Under the pieces are notes generated by a model. That model searched no databases and was not told where the DNA came from. It worked only from the letters and a program-made list of their open reading frames with translations. Shown here piece by piece: positions 34,878 through 43,824 of a stretch of DNA of 64,000 bases; positions within the stretch are counted from its first letter, which is position 1; each line of letters begins with the position of its first letter. Origin of the DNA: Candidatus Magasanikiibacteriota bacterium (lineage in GTDB: Bacteria > Patescibacteriota > Patescibacteriia > Magasanikbacterales > GWA2-37-8); NCBI GenBank assembly GCA_903853785.1, contig CAINUM010000063.1:2974-66973 (forward strand). Direction: 5' to 3'. The position numbers were made by a program, and so were the translations under genes.

Positions 34878-37289
34878 ATGTCAGCAGAAAAATCTGGAGC
34901 CGGATTTGGCTATGAATTATCTGAAGGAGCACAAATTGATTTGAGAGATTTAGGACGTGAAGATGCAAAACCTAGAGAAATGTCTCGTGTTTTTATTTAT
35001 CAATCAAAAGGCACAGATCAGGTTAGGGCAGAATTAATGTCAGGTAAATCCCCAGATCAGATTTCTTTTATTAATCTGATTTTTGCCGAAAAAAATGCCG
35101 ACAGTATTAGTCCAAACCAACTTTTACCAGTTGGTGGTTCTAAACGCCCGGGAGATAAAAATTCTTTAGAGGTTGCCAGAAGACGTATGCTTGAGGAAAC
35201 CCATTTACGCCCAATTAAAATCAAAAAATTGGGGAATATGGATTATAAATTAAATGATCCACGAAAAGAAAAGGCGGAGAAAATTGCAGCCACTTATTAT
35301 TTAGCTGAAGTTTTGCCATTGGATGTTGCGTATTCTCTAAATCCTCATGAAGATAAAATCGCAGGTTATCATCAGATAGATTTGACTACATATCGGGATG
35401 AAATTTTACGACAAGGTTTTTATGTTGCCGATGAAAATTCTGATGGAGAGAGAAAATTGCCAATGATAGATAGTTTGAGAGTGAGATATGAAGTTGGACC
35501 GGAAGATATGACTTCAAATATAGTAGAAGATATATCGGCGCAAAACGTCGCCGAACTCCAGGGTAGGTTAGTGGAAGAATTAGAGAATAAAGATTTTCAA
35601 AAAACTCAAAAAATTCTCTATCACCTGATCTCTTTGATGGATATGGATTCAAATGCTGTAGAGTATTGGATTGATGATGTCGATAAAGCAAAGAACATAT
35701 TGGATTCTACTAAAATTTTAAAGGATTTGTTGAGTTATGCGGCAAATGAAGTTTATAATAATGATGTTACGAAAGTTAGTGAACTTTTTTTGGCAGCCTT
35801 TGATCTGAGCAATTTTGAAGACGAAGTTTCTGAAAAACACGCTGGGAGATCTCACAATGAAATGGTTTTGCGTGTCGTTTTTTCATTACTAGAATCCAAA
35901 TTCAATTATGATAATTATATAGAATTAGTAAAAGCGAATCCAGATTTAGCAGATTTTGGTGAGCGATTAGAAAAATTTATCGGTATTCTTTCCAGTGGTG
36001 GAAACGAAACAGGTAATCGAAAAAAATTAGCATTTCAATTAAAAGGGCTTGACCAAATAGATCCGGAACTTGTTGAAGAGGCTTTTTTTGAGGCGTTTTT
36101 CGATTTTATTCCTAAAGATGCAGATGGAAAAAAACAGTTTGAACGAAGAATTAATAAAACCTTAGCAGCTATTGATAGTTTGTTAGATGAAAAGATTGTT
36201 CGTTCAAAATTGGCTCCAGTAGTTCGTGATCAATATAACGAACGCTTGTTAACTCAGGTGGGTGAAATTCGTAATGCCAAAATTTTTACTTTAATGAAAT
36301 ACGCTTTGCCGGGTGTTGGTTTGGAAGAAAAAAGTCGTTTTAAAGCGGATCAAGATGAGGTGAGTGGTCCGCAAGATAAAAATATGTTGCGCCGTGTTGT
36401 TTTTGAGGCAAGACGTAAATTGGCGATGTTATTTTTATTATTAGAATCAGACGAATATTACGATGAAGTAATAGATTTAGGTTCTCAAGAAATTCAAGCA
36501 TTGTGGAATGATATTTTAGATCCACCCAAAGTAAACTGTTTTCTATCTGAAAAACGTAACGAAAATAATGATCTGTTGGATATAGAGTCTAATTTTGTTA
36601 TGCCAGATAATAGCAGTGCTCAAACGATGGCCGTACGTCCGTTTAAAAATAAACTGGGGGATACTACTATGCTGGTTGGTCAATCGCTGCGAAGAAAAGA
36701 GAGAGAATCGGTTTATCGCAAAATGATTGTTCGTGGGTTTGATCGTCCGGAAGATATTAAGGATATTAATGGTCGCTCACTTGTAATTATGCCATCCAAA
36801 GATCAGCCGTTATCTGAGATTTTAAAAAAAGAAGAACGAGTGTTAGAAATTTGTGATCGTGATAATAATGGAAATTATGTTTGTGAGGATAAAAACTTTG
36901 AAGATCACGTGGCAGTATTTGATATAATTGAAAGTTTGCAGAAAGACAAACATGTAAAAATTTTAGAATACAAGCCAACTAATGAACCGGGAACTTCTTT
37001 TGATAGTAATGGAGCTGGCGGTGAAGGTCAGATTAGGTTAGCAAAATTTTATATTCAACATACTGATAATAATGGAAACGTTAGGACTGAAGAGGTTCAA
37101 ATTTTTACCCCTTCTGCAGATGGACGCAGTGGTTTTTATTGGGAAAAGAAAAAGAAAGAGGACGATGAAAGTTATGAATTTGATCGTCTGTTGCGTACCA
37201 AAGGGGTGCATTCATTTGTGGAGATTCTTTATCCAGCAAAAATATTTGGTAAACCAATTCAAAATGTAAATAAGAAAAAACGATCGTAA
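34878..37289 (+). CDS. multidomain protein: N-terminal Nudix hydrolase domain, large alpha-helical middle region, C-terminal RelA/SpoT-type (p)ppGpp-synthetase-like nucleotidyltransferase domain
   Basis: Nudix box GGSKRPGDKNSLEVARRRMLEETHL (GG-x5-G/E-x7-REuxEE) at aa 86-110. At the C-terminus, RRKERESVYRKM matches the Rel G-loop GRPKHIYSIYRKM, DIKDINGRSLVIM matches EIYDLLAVRILV, and EEVQIFT matches EVQIRT. Confidence 0.55.
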   Translation: MSAEKSGAGFGYELSEGAQIDLRDLGREDAKPREMSRVFIYQSKGTDQVRAELMSGKSPDQISFINLIFAEKNADSISPNQLLPVGGSKRPGDKNSLEVARRRMLEETHLRPIKIKKLGNMDYKLNDPRKEKAEKIAATYYLAEVLPLDVAYSLNPHEDKIAGYHQIDLTTYRDEILRQGFYVADENSDGERKLPMIDSLRVRYEVGPEDMTSNIVEDISAQNVAELQGRLVEELENKDFQKTQKILYHLISLMDMDSNAVEYWIDDVDKAKNILDSTKILKDLLSYAANEVYNNDVTKVSELFLAAFDLSNFEDEVSEKHAGRSHNEMVLRVVFSLLESKFNYDNYIELVKANPDLADFGERLEKFIGILSSGGNETGNRKKLAFQLKGLDQIDPELVEEAFFEAFFDFIPKDADGKKQFERRINKTLAAIDSLLDEKIVRSKLAPVVRDQYNERLLTQVGEIRNAKIFTLMKYALPGVGLEEKSRFKADQDEVSGPQDKNMLRRVVFEARRKLAMLFLLLESDEYYDEVIDLGSQEIQALWNDILDPPKVNCFLSEKRNENNDLLDIESNFVMPDNSSAQTMAVRPFKNKLGDTTMLVGQSLRRKERESVYRKMIVRGFDRPEDIKDINGRSLVIMPSKDQPLSEILKKEERVLEICDRDNNGNYVCEDKNFEDHVAVFDIIESLQKDKHVKILEYKPTNEPGTSFDSNGAGGEGQIRLAKFYIQHTDNNGNVRTEEVQIFTPSADGRSGFYWEKKKKEDDESYEFDRLLRTKGVHSFVEILYPAKIFGKPIQNVNKKKRS

Positions 37290-37301
37290 GATCGTTTTTT
37301 T
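37275..37301. terminator. bidirectional terminator between the Nudix-SAS gene and radA
   Basis: AAAAAACGATC-GTAA-GATCGTTTTTTT. The stop codon of the plus-strand gene lies in the loop. Confidence 0.6.
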
Positions 37302-37309
37302 GTTTAGTA

Positions 37310-38659
37310 TTATTTTTGAATTATTTTTTCAACTACTTCTTGAACGTTTTTTATCGGCGCTGTTTTTAGTCCGGTTATCTTAGGAATTTTTGATGATAGG
37401 GGAATCACAGCAATTTCTAATCCTAAATTTTTTATTTCCGTTAATCTTTTTTCTGTATGATTCACAGGACGCACTTCGCCGCTGAGTCCAACCTCTCCAA
37501 AAGCGGCAAGGCCTGGAGGAAGTGTTTTGTCTTTTAGCCCAGAAGCGATTGCGAGAATGACTGCTAAGTCTGCTGCCGGTTCATCAACGGTTAAGCCACC
37601 AACTACATTTAGAAATACATCATAAGACTCAAGAGGTAATCCAGCTCGACGCGATAAGACACCGATCAAAACCTGTAATCTGTTTAAATCGAATCCTGAA
37701 GCTCGGCGTTGAGGAAATCCAAAATTTGTTTTCGTCACTAAGGCTTGAATTTCAATAAGCATAGGGCGAGTGCCTTCCATGATTGCTGTAATAACGGTAC
37801 CTGGTACTGGTTCGTTTCTTTCTGAGATCATCGCAGCCGAAGGATTTTTAACTTCCACTAGTCCATCTTTTTCCATGGTAAATACACCAACTTCGTCGGT
37901 TGGACCAAAACGATTTTTGGCGGCACGTAAAATTCTAAAATCGTGAAAGCGGTCTCCCTCAAGATAAAGAACGGTATCTACCAGATGCTCCAAGGTTTTA
38001 GGACCGGCAACAGCGCCATCCTTGGTAACTTGTCCAACTAAAATAAATGTTATATTATTTTTTTTCGCAGCCTCAAGTAATTTTACTGTGCATGCTCGCA
38101 CCTGTGAAATATTTCCAGCTTCACCAGCCACTTCATCAGAATAAACTGTTTGGATTGAATCAATAATTGCTAATTTGCATTTTGTCGTCAGGCTAGTTGC
38201 AATAATAGTTTCGATATTGGTTGCACTTGCAAGTTCGAGAGTGGGGGATGAAATATTTAGTCGTAAAGCTCTCATTTTGATTTGTTGGGTAGATTCTTCT
38301 CCAGAAAAATATATAGTTTCTGGAATGATATTAGCTAATTGCAAAGCGAGGGTAGATTTACCCACACCAGGTTCACCGCCAAGCAATATTAGACTACCCG
38401 GAACTATTCCACCACCAAGCACACGATCGAGTTCAGAAATATTTGATTGGAATCGTTTAAAATTTTGGCTACTAATGTCTTTTAATTTTTCAGTTTTAAT
38501 TGGTAAATAATTTTTGGACAGGTCTTCTTTTTCTTTTCCTATAGGTGCGTTTACTTGTTCAACAGTACCCCATTTTCCACATTCCAAACATCGCCCAGTC
38601 CATTTCTGGAATTGGGCGCCACAGTGGGAGCAAGTAAAAATTATTTGATTGTTTTTCAT
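37310..38659 (-). CDS. radA: DNA repair protein RadA/Sms
   Basis: N-terminal C4 zinc finger (CSHCGAQF...CLECGKW), RecA-like GGEPGVGKSTL and a Lon-like C-terminal domain. Confidence 0.9.
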   Translation of the reverse strand: MKNNQIIFTCSHCGAQFQKWTGRCLECGKWGTVEQVNAPIGKEKEDLSKNYLPIKTEKLKDISSQNFKRFQSNISELDRVLGGGIVPGSLILLGGEPGVGKSTLALQLANIIPETIYFSGEESTQQIKMRALRLNISSPTLELASATNIETIIATSLTTKCKLAIIDSIQTVYSDEVAGEAGNISQVRACTVKLLEAAKKNNITFILVGQVTKDGAVAGPKTLEHLVDTVLYLEGDRFHDFRILRAAKNRFGPTDEVGVFTMEKDGLVEVKNPSAAMISERNEPVPGTVITAIMEGTRPMLIEIQALVTKTNFGFPQRRASGFDLNRLQVLIGVLSRRAGLPLESYDVFLNVVGGLTVDEPAADLAVILAIASGLKDKTLPPGLAAFGEVGLSGEVRPVNHTEKRLTEIKNLGLEIAVIPLSSKIPKITGLKTAPIKNVQEVVEKIIQK

Positions 38660-38668
38660 GGTCAGTAT

Positions 38669-40276
38669 TTAATGAATTGGGCAGCGAGCTGCGCCTGCAG
38701 CCGGAGGTATGCATGGTGAAAGTCCGGTATAACCTGTTATACGACAATATGCGCCAGCTTTTTGTGATTCAAAATGCCAATTTTCTGCACCATATCTCAC
38801 AAAACCGGCACTGTACATAATACTTGAAAGGGCAGCTACTCCTTGGGCGTTTGCTTTGCATTGGTTTTTGCCACTAAACCCGCCATCAGAAATTTCACTA
38901 CCACCTTTCGTTAAGACCAAGTCGAGTGCATAGCCAGTACCATGAGGAGAATTACCTGGTTTGGCAACAGTACCAGAACTTACTCCACCAGGCTGAGCTT
39001 TTGCTATTTTTTGTTGAGAGGCAATACTACGACATTTTGATCGAACACCAATTACATATCCTTGTGCTGCAGCTTTTTTTCCAGCATCTATAAGTTTATC
39101 GGCTGTAATTTTTGCAACAAAATTTTCTCTTGGATCACCTTCTTTTCTAACAGACAAACCTGCACATTTGTCACCTTTACAAAGCGCCACTAAATCAACC
39201 CAACCTTCTGGTGGTGATGCAGTGTTAATTTTATCGCAAGCACCTTTTTCACCAACCGTAGGACCTCCAGCCATACCCGCTTCCATATCGGAAGTGTCGA
39301 TATCATCTGGAATTGGCAGTGGTTCAATGTATTGTACTTTTAAGGCACTAAAATTAACTAAGTCAGGATTGATAGTATATAAAATAGAATATGATCCCCA
39401 AGCGATAGACAATCCTATTAATACTTTCCCAATTTTTTTGAGACCTTCAACTCGTTCAGCTCCACCCAAAACGGTTATTTTTACACCAACTACAATTATC
39501 ATTATTACCCCGATAATGCTGATTGCTACCATTGATATTTTATAAATCGCAGACATATATTCACCGATATAAGGAAGATGAAGATATCCTTGCTCATCAA
39601 TACTGTTGGCTATATCAGTAAAAGTTAATTGCGGAATGTTTATTTCCAATTTCGGTGGTTTGATTTCCAATTTTTTTTCAACAGTAGCAATTGGTGGGGC
39701 TACTGTCGGCGCCACATCTTCTACTGCAGCCGTAGTTTTTGTTCCAGCCTCTCCAGGTAGGCCGACTGACGGACTTAGGGCGTCATTGAGTTTTGAAGCT
39801 TCTGGTTCGCAAAGAGGCAAGCTTGCAAATTGAGGAGTATCGGCGGCACTCTTGGCTACTAAACATTCATATGTGCCATCCGGTCTTTTTGAGACGTAGT
39901 ATGGCTGGGAAAAAGCCTTTGGAACCCCTTTGTCCGGAAAGATATTGTCACCGGAATCATTGTGGCAATATTTCAGGTCTGTTCCATCTTTATTATCATT
40001 CCAGCAATACCAGCTTCCGGTGAATGGGGGGTTGGAACCATATTTTGTTAAACAATCACCGTCGTTATTGCAGGTACAATACATAGGATTTCCAGGCAGT
40101 GAACTTTTTTCACAATCTAAGCTTGCCCCACCAATCTGACAATCATTATTTGATATATTCTGAGTACACTTGTCACCGATTGCACTAGTGGCAGCATTAA
40201 CAAGTGTTATATTTATAAAAAATAAAAATAGAGCAACTGTTATTAATATAAATTTAGTTTTAATATATTTATTCAT
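38669..40276 (-). CDS. secreted/membrane-anchored peptidase M15 (VanY/endolysin-type) with Cys-rich ectodomain and 2-TM hairpin module
   Basis: Signal peptide, a Cys-rich roughly 150-aa region, two TM helices (SIIGVIMIIVVGVKI...VLIGLSIAWGSYSILYTINPDLVNF) and a C-terminal SPHGTGYALDL ... ENWHFE (M15 His/Asp zinc ligands). Confidence 0.65.
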   Translation of the reverse strand: MNKYIKTKFILITVALFLFFINITLVNAATSAIGDKCTQNISNNDCQIGGASLDCEKSSLPGNPMYCTCNNDGDCLTKYGSNPPFTGSWYCWNDNKDGTDLKYCHNDSGDNIFPDKGVPKAFSQPYYVSKRPDGTYECLVAKSAADTPQFASLPLCEPEASKLNDALSPSVGLPGEAGTKTTAAVEDVAPTVAPPIATVEKKLEIKPPKLEINIPQLTFTDIANSIDEQGYLHLPYIGEYMSAIYKISMVAISIIGVIMIIVVGVKITVLGGAERVEGLKKIGKVLIGLSIAWGSYSILYTINPDLVNFSALKVQYIEPLPIPDDIDTSDMEAGMAGGPTVGEKGACDKINTASPPEGWVDLVALCKGDKCAGLSVRKEGDPRENFVAKITADKLIDAGKKAAAQGYVIGVRSKCRSIASQQKIAKAQPGGVSSGTVAKPGNSPHGTGYALDLVLTKGGSEISDGGFSGKNQCKANAQGVAALSSIMYSAGFVRYGAENWHFESQKAGAYCRITGYTGLSPCIPPAAGAARCPIH

Positions 40277-40808
40277 AAACTTCTAATTCACCATACATGG
40301 TGTTGTGACCATCACCACAATACCAGTTACAAAAAAAAGTATAATTACCAGTTCTGTCAGGGACAAATTTTATGGTAGTGGTTTGTCCAGGTTCAAGTAA
40401 TACTTGTGAAAAGCCAAATTTATCTAATGAAAATGTGTGTTTGCTATCGGAGGTATTTTTGAGATTAATTATTATTAAGTTATCTTTTTTAACTTTAATT
40501 TTTGATGGCTTATATTCCCAATTTATAATTTCCATTTCTATTTTTTGTTTGTTTTCAGTTGTATACTTTGATTCATCATAATTGTTGTTTGAAGACACCA
40601 AATTCATTTCTGTAGACCCTTCTCCATCAGGAAGACCTAATTCACCAGGTATTGAATCCGAAAGATCAGTTTGTTCATTCATTTGTGTTTTTATATGTTT
40701 TTCTATAGCTCTATGTTTACCAACTTTAAAGTCAAATAATAGAATAAATATCGACATTATTATTATAAAAATCAAAATTGGTGTGATAATCTTCATTTCT
40801 TTGATCAT
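40269..40808 (-). CDS. membrane-anchored cupredoxin with CuA-type binuclear copper motif (COX2/NosZ-like domain)
   Basis: N-terminal TM helix. H-x35-CNWYCGDGHNTM matches H...C-x3-C-x3-H-x2-M. No COX1-like gene is adjacent. Confidence 0.55.
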   Translation of the reverse strand: MIKEMKIITPILIFIIIMSIFILLFDFKVGKHRAIEKHIKTQMNEQTDLSDSIPGELGLPDGEGSTEMNLVSSNNNYDESKYTTENKQKIEMEIINWEYKPSKIKVKKDNLIIINLKNTSDSKHTFSLDKFGFSQVLLEPGQTTTIKFVPDRTGNYTFFCNWYCGDGHNTMYGELEVYE

Positions 40809-40817
40809 AATTTAATT

Positions 40818-43154
40818 TTATGGGCGACCATCACATCGCATTTCTTTGCATACTCCCCAATATTCAAAATGCATACCGTCAGTTCTAAAGGCTTTAGTAT
40901 TACAAAAATCACCGCCCCAAACAAATCCATTTTTCTTAAAAATATCGATCCATTTTTTTGGATGAGTAGTAAATGGATTTGAACCGTCAGCAAATCTACT
41001 ATTTAAGCAATCGTTGAGACCCTTTTCTATTCTTTCTGCTAAACCGGCGTATTTTTTGAATTCGTCTTTTTGTTTTTCATAGTTTTCCTTATATTGATTG
41101 CACCACGTAATCGCTGATCCGGTGTTTTTACTACCATCGTATTTAAAATCTTGATTACTGCCATAAATCAAATCTACGGCCATTGCCGCCTGGTGCATGT
41201 CTTTAGTTACAGAGTCATTTACTTCGCAAGTTGCTTTTTTTCTTGCATATCCAAATCCGCAATGTTCACCGGCTAAACCTTCGCTAATCCCTGATGATGC
41301 ACGATCGTGTGGTTTTTTAGGATAGGTATGAAGAGATGGCGAATCTTTGCCAGTACCTTGAAAAAATTTTACATAGTCTTTCATTTCAGGTTCTGGACTT
41401 TCTAAAATTTCTTTTTCTACTTGTTTAAATGCAGCAACTGCTTTTGGATTGATTTTAAATTTTGCCCCAAGAAAAGTTATAGCTACTGATGGCGGTTGAA
41501 CCCCTACATGTAAGTCGTATGCACCCATTAAGCATTTTGCCGACGGACCAACTTTTGGGTATAATTCCAAGCCCTTTGAATCATATTGACCGTTATAAGT
41601 AGCGTTGTCGGCACCCTCATAACCCGTACCTTCAGAACTACTCGGAATCTCTTCGCGGGCAATGTACCGAATTTTTAAAGCATTAAAATTTACCAGATCT
41701 GGATTGATAGTATATAAAATAGAATAGGAACCCCAGCCGATAAAAAGGCCAATAATTACTTGGCCAATTTTTTGAAAACCATGAATACGTTCTTCACCTC
41801 CAATAGTTGTTATTTTTACACCTTGAATAATGATCATTATTACGGCGATGATACTCATTGCTACTAAGGCTACTTTGTAAGCTGCCGATAAATATTCGCC
41901 AATATAAGGTACAGTCAAATAACTGACACCGTTTATTTCTACGAGACTGTTTTGAACATCAGAAAACTGAAGCTGTGGAATGTTGATAGCCAAATCCGGT
42001 TTGTATGTTTTAATTTCTTGCACAACACCTGGGGTTCCGCTTCCACCCGCTCCTGCACCACTGCTGCCATCTGGTTGTATTGATGTACAAGTAGCATTCA
42101 CGGCCTCCATCTCACCGTCATGTTGCGATTTTGCAGTTTGTGATGTAACAGTAGCAGGATAATTTTTTGTTTGTGGTGCAAAAGTTTTAGATGAATCATC
42201 ATAAATATACATCGTCACTGTTATCTTTCCGTTACTGCCTACATCTACCCAGGCAAAGGAGTCAGCCACATCTGAAGAAGTTTGGCCTTTAGTGTATTCC
42301 ATCATTTGTTTTCCCATCGTTCCACTGTTGATGTACTCTAAACCATCACATGTACCATGATAGTTGGCATGCGTGTGCCCAGCAAAAAGAGCTTTGGCAT
42401 TTTTGGATATTAATTTTTGTGTAAGTTGAGAAAAATCTTGAACCTCGCCATTTTTTCCAGGGTCATTACTTTTTCCTAATACACTACTTCCACAAACCGA
42501 TCCATCTTTTGCACAAGACAATCCATAGGGAGTAACATGTCGAAAAACAAGATCTCCAGCGACCATGTTTGAATCCAGACAGTCCAGTTCTTGTTGTGAT
42601 AGCCAATAGTGGTGTCCATCAAAATATGGATCGATCAAAACAAAACCTTGCCCCTTGTAAGAGAAAGAAGAAAAACGATAAGGAGAATTCGGTCCGCAAG
42701 TTGTTCTCGTTTTATATGGGTCAAATAATTTAGCAGATTGATTTCCCCAAAATGTGTACCACGGGGAATGGCCATTTAAAAAATCATGATTTCCAGCCAC
42801 TGGAACAACGGGAATTTCTAATTTTGATAAAAAAGCTTTATTAAATTCTGTGTACTGTGCTGCTGATCCTTTATAGGCTAAGTCACCCAATAAAACTACA
42901 AAATCTGGCTTTTTTTCATTAATAAATGGAACTACATTTATAAGTGCTTCACCCTGGACGTCAGTATTTAGTTCTGGTGTATCCGAAATTACTGCGAAAC
43001 TAAAAGATATACCGTTTGCTCCAGCTTCAGCTTTTTGCGATGCAGCATCGGCAGGCCCAGATAGTTGTTCATCAGTCATTGCTATAGCCGACAGTGGGGC
43101 TAATAAGGTACCAACCAACAAAACCAAAGCAATAATTTTTTTGGATACGTACAT
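40818..43154 (-). CDS. secreted calcineurin-like metallophosphoesterase fused to 2-TM hairpin module and C-terminal peptidase M15 domain
   Basis: Signal peptide. GDLAY, GNHDF and GHTHANYH phosphoesterase motifs. The TM module is roughly 65% identical to that of the 38669 protein. C-terminal HQAAMAVDL ... DGMHFEYWG is the M15 signature. Confidence 0.65.
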   Translation of the reverse strand: MYVSKKIIALVLLVGTLLAPLSAIAMTDEQLSGPADAASQKAEAGANGISFSFAVISDTPELNTDVQGEALINVVPFINEKKPDFVVLLGDLAYKGSAAQYTEFNKAFLSKLEIPVVPVAGNHDFLNGHSPWYTFWGNQSAKLFDPYKTRTTCGPNSPYRFSSFSYKGQGFVLIDPYFDGHHYWLSQQELDCLDSNMVAGDLVFRHVTPYGLSCAKDGSVCGSSVLGKSNDPGKNGEVQDFSQLTQKLISKNAKALFAGHTHANYHGTCDGLEYINSGTMGKQMMEYTKGQTSSDVADSFAWVDVGSNGKITVTMYIYDDSSKTFAPQTKNYPATVTSQTAKSQHDGEMEAVNATCTSIQPDGSSGAGAGGSGTPGVVQEIKTYKPDLAINIPQLQFSDVQNSLVEINGVSYLTVPYIGEYLSAAYKVALVAMSIIAVIMIIIQGVKITTIGGEERIHGFQKIGQVIIGLFIGWGSYSILYTINPDLVNFNALKIRYIAREEIPSSSEGTGYEGADNATYNGQYDSKGLELYPKVGPSAKCLMGAYDLHVGVQPPSVAITFLGAKFKINPKAVAAFKQVEKEILESPEPEMKDYVKFFQGTGKDSPSLHTYPKKPHDRASSGISEGLAGEHCGFGYARKKATCEVNDSVTKDMHQAAMAVDLIYGSNQDFKYDGSKNTGSAITWCNQYKENYEKQKDEFKKYAGLAERIEKGLNDCLNSRFADGSNPFTTHPKKWIDIFKKNGFVWGGDFCNTKAFRTDGMHFEYWGVCKEMRCDGRP

Positions 43155-43156
43155 AT

Positions 43157-43813
43157 TTATTTAGCAATAAATTTTGTCAGCATTTCTATTATATCAATAT
43201 CATTTTCCAAATTTATTTTTTTATTATTAGCATAAATTGTTGGCACTTGGGTTACATTGAGGGAAGTAGCCAGGTCAGTAGTACGTGCAATTTTTTGTTT
43301 GGCTTCTTCAGAATTTACACACTGCCACCAAGTTACTGTATTTATTTTTAAATCATTAGCAATTTTAGTTAGATCAGATTCGCTAGAAATATTTTTTTCA
43401 TTATTTAAAACGTCAACATATTGCCAGTATTTATTTTGTTTGCCAGCACAAAATGCACTACGGTGCGGCATATCATTAATTTTATAAAATAAATTTTTTT
43501 GTGGAATTTCTTTTAAATACATTCGTACATCTTGTGGGTGTTCACTAACAAATTTACTTATTTTATTATATTGTATTTTACAAGTTGGGCAATTAAAATC
43601 GATAAACAATACGATTGTGAGTGGGGCACCTGGGTTGCCCAGTATTTGATCATCGTTTTCTGTCGCGATATCGAAATAACCCGCACTCAACAATGGGGTA
43701 TCGCTTTGTTTGACTGTAATTTTTTGAGTATTTAGTAGTTGAACAGTAAAAATTCCACCAGCTGTAATTACCGCTACTATTAATAATATATAAAATTTAT
43801 TAATTGGGTGCAT
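43157..43813 (-). CDS. membrane-anchored DsbA/BdbD-like thiol:disulfide oxidoreductase
   Basis: N-terminal TM and CPTC active site in a thioredoxin fold. Confidence 0.75.
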   Translation of the reverse strand: MHPINKFYILLIVAVITAGGIFTVQLLNTQKITVKQSDTPLLSAGYFDIATENDDQILGNPGAPLTIVLFIDFNCPTCKIQYNKISKFVSEHPQDVRMYLKEIPQKNLFYKINDMPHRSAFCAGKQNKYWQYVDVLNNEKNISSESDLTKIANDLKINTVTWWQCVNSEEAKQKIARTTDLATSLNVTQVPTIYANNKKINLENDIDIIEMLTKFIAK

Positions 43814-43824
43814 ATTGGTGGTAA

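Noticed and set aside
39168-40139. Plus-strand ORFs (125, 75, 76 and 69 aa) inside gene 38669..40276
   Set aside because: Antisense to a gene with clear signal peptide, TM module and M15 motifs. Translations are low complexity.
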